Source of the DNA: Pseudomonadota bacterium | GTDB taxonomy: Bacteria > Pseudomonadota > Alphaproteobacteria > Rhodospirillales > Rhodospirillaceae | Direction of reading: 5' to 3' | DNA: 64,000 bases | Assembly (NCBI GenBank): GCA_020160875.1 | Contig: JAIUPE010000002.1 | Location: 84-64,083, forward strand | Shown here: piece by piece, positions 56,259 through 64,000 of the stretch | How positions within the stretch are numbered: position 1 is the first letter of the stretch | How the letters are laid out: each line of letters starts with the position of its first letter | Translations under genes and position numbers: made by a program | The notes under the pieces: generated by a model | Seen by the model: only the letters and a program-made list of their open reading frames with translations | The model's database searches: none | What the model was told of the DNA's origin: nothing

Positions 56259-56990
56259 CTACTTCTTCAGGCAGTCGGCGAGTTCGCCCAGGCGGGCCGC
56301 GCGCCCCTGCAAGGTCTCCGCCCGTCGTTGCACGTAAGGACCGGGGTGCGAGGCGGACCAGCGCAAGGGGCTCGGCAACACCGCCGCCAGCCGTGCCGCT
56401 TCGGCGTTATTCAAGGTGGCCGCGGTCTTTCCGAAGTGATGATGCGCGGCGGCCTCCGCGCCGTACACGCCGCGGCCCCACTCCACGACGTTCAAATAGA
56501 CCTCCATGATACGCTGCTTGGGCCACAGGGCTTCGATGTAGATGGTGAGCCACGCTTCCAGGCCTTTACGTACCCAGTCGCGGCCCGGCCACAGGAGTAG
56601 GTTCTTCGCGGTCTGCTGGCTGATGGTCGATCCCCCGCGCAAGGTTCCGCCGTCGTCCTCGAGATAGTCTTCCCAGGCTTTCTGCAAAGCCTTGGTGTCG
56701 AAGCCGTGATGGGTGCAGAAGGATTCGTCTTCGGCCGTCAGGGCCGACCTTGCGAGCGACGGCGCGATGCGATCCATCGGCCGCCACGTATAATTCCATC
56801 CCGCACCCTGCGCGGCACGCAACACCATCAGGGGCGTGCCGGGCACGGGGACGAAACGATAGAGAAGAATAAGCGCGGCCGGCGCGAGAAGGGCGATCAG
56901 GAATGTAAGAGACATGGCGCGGCCAATGCGAAAGCCGCGTGAGCGTTGTGGCATCTCCATTGCGTCCGCTCGAGGTGTCTCTTCCGTCAC
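56259..56990 (-). CDS. mtgA: Monofunctional biosynthetic peptidoglycan transglycosylase
   Basis: GT51 motifs 'AEDESFCTHHGFD', 'RGGSTISQQTAKN' and 'RIMEVYLNVVEWG'. Confidence 0.9.
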   Translation of the reverse strand: MTEETPRADAMEMPQRSRGFRIGRAMSLTFLIALLAPAALILLYRFVPVPGTPLMVLRAAQGAGWNYTWRPMDRIAPSLARSALTAEDESFCTHHGFDTKALQKAWEDYLEDDGGTLRGGSTISQQTAKNLLLWPGRDWVRKGLEAWLTIYIEALWPKQRIMEVYLNVVEWGRGVYGAEAAAHHHFGKTAATLNNAEAARLAAVLPSPLRWSASHPGPYVQRRAETLQGRAARLGELADCLKK

Positions 56991-57007
56991 GCCCGCTCCG
57001 GCTCTCC

Positions 57008-58978
<1,971 letters not shown>

Positions 58979-59011
58979 TGGGTCGGAGTATTAAACCCTG
59001 TATCGGCGGGG

Positions 59012-60472
59012 TCAACCGGCCTTGATGGGCAGCGCCCCGACCTGGCGGTACTCCAATGGCGCTGCGTTCGAAACGTCCACCGGCGCCTGGGACCAGGCGG
59101 CGGCGAACAAGGGCGGCAGGTCGGTATAGATGTCGGATAGCGAAATCGGCTGGAATTCAATGATATCCGTGGCGTCGTCCTTGGCGGCTTCCGTGCAGCA
59201 GATGCAATTGGCCGACGCAATGGTTGCAAGGGTCACGGTGCGCGGGAGGGCCGCGGATACATAGTTGTGACCCACGATCGCGCCGATATCGGTATCCACG
59301 CCGATTCTCGGCGCCACGATCAGGGTTGGGTTCGCGCGCGCGAACTTGTCCAGGGATTCCATGATCTGCGTGGCGGCGCGAATTGCCCGGGTCGCATCGT
59401 CGAACACGATGATGCGCCCGTTGCCAAGATTATGGATCTCGCGACCCTGGAACCGGTGCAGGACTTCGGTCATCACTGTCGTATGTGTGCGCAGGACGCG
59501 CTGCTGATCCTCGGGCTGGATGGCGATGCCCGGCGGCGGCACGCCGACCGAGGTCGTCACGAAGGTCATCACTTCCGGCGCATGAACGATACCGTCCTGG
59601 ATCCCCCATTGCACCAGCATCTCGGATAGCGCGGACGCATCGGCCATGCCGCTCTGCGCGAATTCCGCCATGGCGCGGAACCCGGCGTCGATGGGAGCAC
59701 GGAAGTGTGGGACCTGCGCGAACGTGCTCGCGTTCGCGGCAAAGGCGCTCGCGCTGCGTTTGGACATACCGGTCTCCAGCAGCATGGATTCAAGGACATG
59801 CTTGCCATTGGCCGGCGTGAGCCGCGCGCGGTTCGCGATTTCACCGGCCGCACCGGCCACGAACAGATTCACACCGAAAGACACGAAGAGAGTCGGCGTT
59901 TCCTCGCGCGCGGCAATGGCCGCTGTCACGGCCTGTGCGAACAAGATCGCGGTAAGATCTTTGACCGGCGCGGTTGTGGTCGCGGCCGCAACGGGCGCGG
60001 AGGATGGCGCGGCTTTCCCACCGGCGGGCGTGGCTTGTTTCGCGGGCTGCGATGCGGGCGGCCCCTCGTTCTCGGCAAATAACGGATCAAATTCCTTCAA
60101 GCGCGCTTCGAGGATGGCGCCCCAGTCATCGTCGCGGATTTTCTCCGAGCTTTTCAGTGTGGGCCTGTTCGCCGCACGCTTACGCTTCGCCTCTTCGTCC
60201 TTCCGGCTCTGGATATAGTCGAACACCAGATAGGCGCACAGCGTGACAAGGACGAGGATGAAAAGCAGCACGCCGCCGTATTGGCTTTTTTCCAGACGGA
60301 TGCCGGAGCTTTTTTGCAGCCAGAGAAGGGCGATGGCGAAAAACGCCGTCGCGATTAGGCCGGTGATGAGGGCGTTCAGTCCAACCGCGAGGGCGCGTGT
60401 GAAGGCATAGTTCGCCGCGGCGCTGCGTTCATGCGGGTCGTGTTCGTTGTCCGACACTGAAGCGGCTTCCAC
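59012..60472 (-). CDS. Membrane protein with C-terminal degenerate class III nucleotidyl-cyclase-like domain
   Basis: Two or three N-terminal TM helices and a low-complexity linker. The C-terminal ~180 aa follows the cyclase-homology pattern ('VMTFVTTSVGV', 'LGNGRIIVFDD', 'PRIGVDTDIGAIVG'), but the metal-binding Asp positions are replaced. Confidence 0.55.
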   Translation of the reverse strand: MEAASVSDNEHDPHERSAAANYAFTRALAVGLNALITGLIATAFFAIALLWLQKSSGIRLEKSQYGGVLLFILVLVTLCAYLVFDYIQSRKDEEAKRKRAANRPTLKSSEKIRDDDWGAILEARLKEFDPLFAENEGPPASQPAKQATPAGGKAAPSSAPVAAATTTAPVKDLTAILFAQAVTAAIAAREETPTLFVSFGVNLFVAGAAGEIANRARLTPANGKHVLESMLLETGMSKRSASAFAANASTFAQVPHFRAPIDAGFRAMAEFAQSGMADASALSEMLVQWGIQDGIVHAPEVMTFVTTSVGVPPPGIAIQPEDQQRVLRTHTTVMTEVLHRFQGREIHNLGNGRIIVFDDATRAIRAATQIMESLDKFARANPTLIVAPRIGVDTDIGAIVGHNYVSAALPRTVTLATIASANCICCTEAAKDDATDIIEFQPISLSDIYTDLPPLFAAAWSQAPVDVSNAAPLEYRQVGALPIKAG

Positions 60473-60669
60473 GTTAAGAATGCGGCGCCGCTTCCTCGCC
60501 CTGGCGCGCCGGAGAGGACAAGGTAATCTCTCGAAAATACCTATTTCAATTGTGTGCTAGTTTAGGTTTTCTCACGAGCTTACGACGTCGCAACTGGCGA
60601 TTTCTTTGTGGCAAGAAAGCAAACGTTTCGGGATAACCTATACAGGGCGTTCTTCGGCGGGGAAATTTC

Positions 60670-61944
60670 ATGACGTCGTCACAACTTTGGCTCGCGGCCG
60701 GTTTGCGCACGCCCTTCGCAAAAGTGGATGGGCCGCTGTCGAAACGCGATGCGATCTCGCTGTCGGTGCCGGTTGTGCAGGCCATGTGTGGCCAGCTGCA
60801 AGGCGCGGACCGCCCCGACCTCGTTGTCTGGGGGACGGTCGCGCCCAGCCTGAGGTGGAGTAACATCGCGCGCGAGATCACCCTCGATGCCGGGGTCGGC
60901 ACGCATATCCCGGCCTTCACCACCATTATGGCCTGCGCAACAAGTATGGTGGGTGTGTTCGCCGCCGCCGATCGTCTGCGCATGGGCGTATCCTCGCTCG
61001 CGCTTGTCGGCGGTTCTGAAAGCATGAGCGGCGTGCAGATCGGCGTCAATCAAGGGTTCTCCACCTGGTTACGGCGGTTCTTTCAGGCCAAATCCGTCGG
61101 CCGGCGCGCCGAGATGTTGAGCGCCCTGCCGCTCAAGGACGTGCGCCTGCACATCCCCAGCGTCACCAACCGCACCACCGGCCTTTCCATGGGCGATGGC
61201 TGTGAACTCATGGCGAAGACATGGAATATCCCGCGCGCCCGGCAGGACGAACTCGCCCTCGAGAGTCATCAGCGGTCCATCGCGGGGTGGGAGAAAGGCT
61301 TCTTCGACGATCTCGTGATCCCGATCGAGGGGCTCACGAAAGACGTTCTGCCGCGCGCAGACACGTCGCTCGCGAAACTCGCGAAGCTGAAACCCTCTTT
61401 CGATACGGAAAGCGGAAAGGGCACGCTGACGGCGGGCAACTCGTCTCCCCTCACTGATGGCGCGGCTGGTATATGGCTCGCGAACGACGAAGGCCTCGCG
61501 CGCTTGCCGGCGAAGACGCCGCGTGTGCGTCTTTTGGATTGGGAGCTCGCCGCCGTCGATATGTTGCGCGATGGCTTGCTCATGGCGCCGGCGATTGCGA
61601 TTCCGCGTCTGTTGGCCCGTCACGGGCTTACGTATGACGGCGTTGCATTGTGGGAAATCCACGAGGCTTTTTCAGCGCAAGTGCTGTGCCATATCGCGGC
61701 GATGGAAGATAAGACCTGGCTGACCGAGCGCGCGGGCGTGACGGTGGATCTCGGATCCTTCCCGTGGGGCCGCATGAATCCCAACGGGGGCAGCGTCGCG
61801 CTGGGTCATCCTTTCGGAGCCACGGGCGCGCGTATTCTCAGTCAGGCCGTGAAGGAACTTTCAACTTACCCGGCCGGGAGCCTCGCCATCGTCAGTATCT
61901 GTACCGACGGCGGCCTTGGCGGTGTGGCTTTGTTGTCCTCATGA
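60670..61944 (+). CDS. Acetyl-CoA C-acyltransferase (thiolase)
   Basis: Active-site Cys region 'TIMACATS', 'NSSPLTDGAA' and C-terminal 'NPNGGSVALGHPFGATG...CTDGGLG'. Confidence 0.85.
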   Translation: MTSSQLWLAAGLRTPFAKVDGPLSKRDAISLSVPVVQAMCGQLQGADRPDLVVWGTVAPSLRWSNIAREITLDAGVGTHIPAFTTIMACATSMVGVFAAADRLRMGVSSLALVGGSESMSGVQIGVNQGFSTWLRRFFQAKSVGRRAEMLSALPLKDVRLHIPSVTNRTTGLSMGDGCELMAKTWNIPRARQDELALESHQRSIAGWEKGFFDDLVIPIEGLTKDVLPRADTSLAKLAKLKPSFDTESGKGTLTAGNSSPLTDGAAGIWLANDEGLARLPAKTPRVRLLDWELAAVDMLRDGLLMAPAIAIPRLLARHGLTYDGVALWEIHEAFSAQVLCHIAAMEDKTWLTERAGVTVDLGSFPWGRMNPNGGSVALGHPFGATGARILSQAVKELSTYPAGSLAIVSICTDGGLGGVALLSS

Positions 61945-62537
61945 CCGAGAGCATGACCAACGACCTGCGCGCCACCGTCAAGCGTGTCGCGGTGTTCAAC
62001 TTCGGTTACTTCTGGGTCGAGTTCGCCGTCGCGATCGCCATTGGGTCCGTGGCGTTGTTCGCCGACAGCGTCGATTTCCTCGAGGACGCGTCGGTCAACT
62101 TTCTGATTGCGGCGGCCCTGGGGTGGCCGGCGCGTAAGCGGGCGCGTGTCGGCATGGTCCTCGCCCTGCTTATTCTTGTGCCCGCGCTCTTCGCGTTATG
62201 GACCGCGTGGGAGAAGTTCAATGTACCCACGCCGCCTGAGCCCTTGCCGCTGACGATCACGGGGCTCGGCGCGCTCGCGGTGAATTTCGCCTGCGCTTAC
62301 ATGCTCGTGCGTTTTCGCAACATGGCCGGTAGCCTGACCAAGGCCGCCTTCCTGTCCGCGCGCAACGATGCTTACGGCAACGTCGCGATCATCCTCGCCG
62401 GCCTCGCCACCCTATGGACGACGTCGGCCTGGCCCGACCTTGCGGTCGGGCTCGGCATTGCATTGATGAACGCGGGCGCGGCCTTCGAAGTTTGGGAGGC
62501 CGCGCGCAAGGAAAGCCTGGAGCAGGACGGCGATTAA
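61941..62537 (+). CDS. Cation diffusion facilitator-like membrane protein (TM domain only)
   Basis: 'ALFADSVDFLEDA' and 'RNDAYGNVAII'. About 198 aa with 5-6 TM helices. The ATG overlaps the thiolase stop. Confidence 0.7.
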   Translation: MTESMTNDLRATVKRVAVFNFGYFWVEFAVAIAIGSVALFADSVDFLEDASVNFLIAAALGWPARKRARVGMVLALLILVPALFALWTAWEKFNVPTPPEPLPLTITGLGALAVNFACAYMLVRFRNMAGSLTKAAFLSARNDAYGNVAIILAGLATLWTTSAWPDLAVGLGIALMNAGAAFEVWEAARKESLEQDGD

Positions 62538-63862
62538 GCCGCCTGCGGGCGGTTCTCCCACGGGCGGCCACCGCCGCCACCGCCACGACGGCGGCGATTG
62601 CGTCCACCGCCCGGCTTCTTCGGGCCGCCATTATGATTGGGGCCGCCGTGCTTGCGCTGGCCACGGCCCTGTTCCGAACGCCCTTCACGCGGGCCATCCT
62701 GGTGCTGACCGCGCGCCGGCGGGGCGTTGTGATAGGCGTGGGTCTCATCCACCGGCACCGGCTGGCGGATGGAACGCTCGATGGCGCGCAGGGCGCCCAT
62801 TTCTTCACGGTCGCAGAAAGAGATCGCGATGCCGTCCAGACCGGCGCGCGCGGTGCGGCCGATGCGGTGCACGTAGCTCTCTGGTTCGGCAGGCATCTCG
62901 AAGTTGATGACGTGCGAAACGCCGTCCACGTCGATGCCGCGCGCGGCGATATCGGTCGCCACGAGGATGCGCAGGTCGCCCGACTTGAACGACGAGAGGC
63001 TGCGCTGACGCGCATTCTGCGATTTATTGCCGTGGATGGCTTCGGCTTTCACGCCGCCTTTCTGCAGTTGTTCCGCCACGCGATTGGCGCAGTGCTTGGT
63101 GCGGGTAAAGACGATGGCGCGGCTGATGGCATTGTCCTTTAGGAGTTCGGCGAGCAGGAGGCGCTTGTTCTCCCGCGCCACGAACATCACCTTCTGCGCG
63201 ATGCGTTCCACGGTCGTGGACGGCGGCGTGACTTCAATGCGTTCGTGCTGGGCCTTGAGAAGGCTTTTGGCGAGATCGGTGACGGCATCGGGCATGGTCG
63301 CCGAGAACAGGAGCGTCTGACGCTCCTTCGGCAGCTGGCGCACGATCTTCTGCACGTCGCGGATGAAGCCCATATCAAGCATGCGATCAGCTTCGTCGAG
63401 CACGAAGAATTCGAGACCGGCGAGTTCGATCTTGCGCTGATTCATGAGGTCGAGAAGGCGGCCCGGGGTTGCGATGAGAACGTCGGTGCCGCTCGCCATC
63501 GCTGCGATCTGCGGCTTTTCGCTGACGCCGCCGTGGATCACGGTGCGCTTCAGGCCGACAAACTTGCCGTAGGTCGCGAAGCCTTCATTGATCTGGAGCG
63601 CGAGTTCACGGGTCGGGGTCAGGATCAGCGCGCGGGTCTGGCGGGACGCGGCGCGGCGATTGTTCTTGGTGAGATGCTGGATCATCGGCAGCGCGAAGGC
63701 GGCCGTCTTGCCGGTACCGGTCTGGGCGATGCCGAGCACATCGCGGCCTTCAAGAAGGCGCGGGATGGCCTTCGCCTGGATCGGGGTGGGGGACGTATAG
63801 CCTTCGGCCGTGAGCGCACGGGTGAGCGGCTCGATCAGGCCGAGGTCGGTAAACAAAGTCAT
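62534..63862 (-). CDS. DEAD-box ATP-dependent RNA helicase (RhlE-like)
   Basis: Q motif 'YTSPTPIQ', 'AQTGTGKT', 'DEADRM', 'SAT' and 'HRIGRTARAG', with an Arg/Gly-rich tail. The start at 'MTLFTDLGL' is derived from the ORF-track frame. My by-eye position count near 63.86-63.90 kb disagreed with the track by 1 nt, so this start is good to about +/-1 nt. Confidence 0.85.
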   Translation of the reverse strand: MTLFTDLGLIEPLTRALTAEGYTSPTPIQAKAIPRLLEGRDVLGIAQTGTGKTAAFALPMIQHLTKNNRRAASRQTRALILTPTRELALQINEGFATYGKFVGLKRTVIHGGVSEKPQIAAMASGTDVLIATPGRLLDLMNQRKIELAGLEFFVLDEADRMLDMGFIRDVQKIVRQLPKERQTLLFSATMPDAVTDLAKSLLKAQHERIEVTPPSTTVERIAQKVMFVARENKRLLLAELLKDNAISRAIVFTRTKHCANRVAEQLQKGGVKAEAIHGNKSQNARQRSLSSFKSGDLRILVATDIAARGIDVDGVSHVINFEMPAEPESYVHRIGRTARAGLDGIAISFCDREEMGALRAIERSIRQPVPVDETHAYHNAPPARGQHQDGPREGRSEQGRGQRKHGGPNHNGGPKKPGGGRNRRRRGGGGGGRPWENRPQAA

Positions 63863-64000
63863 AGAATCACTTTCAAATAGGCAAAGGTCGTGCAGCCGCA
63901 AAGGCGGCGCAAAACGGTTTTGCGTTGACCCGGTGGGCACGCAACCGACGGGAGGGAATTCAAAAACGTCTCAGGAGACGGTGCGGGATCACCAATTTTT

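Overview
This is a high-GC chromosomal segment, roughly 60-68% G+C in hand-sampled lines. Gene content points to an alphaproteobacterium of the Hyphomicrobiales/Rhizobiales type: an Irr regulator with an ICE box, IalB, a two-domain Csp, and a DinB with a CxxC N-terminal extension. I support about 60 protein genes, one tRNA-Thr(CGU) and one TPP riboswitch upstream of thiC. I saw no rRNA, CRISPR array, transposase or integrase.

Most of the window is housekeeping:
- Trehalose genes: GH15 plus otsB.
- A UbiH-family hydroxylase, ppa, and the conserved tesA / ybbA-ybbP-like ABC arrangement.
- cobB, scoAB, pabBC and glpK.
- A peptide/glutathione-type ABC importer followed by ggt.
- sufE, arfB, dinB, coxGSM-like subunits, nadX, mtgA, thiC, a thiolase and a DEAD-box helicase.

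Stretches that look accessory or unusual:
1. An AT-rich islet at 47.3-49.2 kb carries three co-directional uncharacterised ORFs that look like an effector/immunity-style module.
2. Two tandem M10/matrixin-type zinc metalloprotease paralogs (41.6-46.9 kb) have 2 versus 7 PPC-like repeats. Both lack an N-terminal signal peptide and share a conserved ~80-aa C-terminal tail ending YNLLPF.
3. A family of ~75-80-nt bulged hairpin elements occurs at two loci.
4. Two small insertions are flanked by long direct duplications of gene ends (29 bp and 56 bp).
5. A MarR gene is bracketed by related GATGTATATACATC palindromes and sits next to a cNMP-binding/TPR-like protein.
6. A near-consensus ICE (Irr) box lies upstream of a rubrerythrin / CCG Fe-S / DUF3501 cluster adjacent to irr.

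All functional calls come from motif recognition by eye. No database search was possible.
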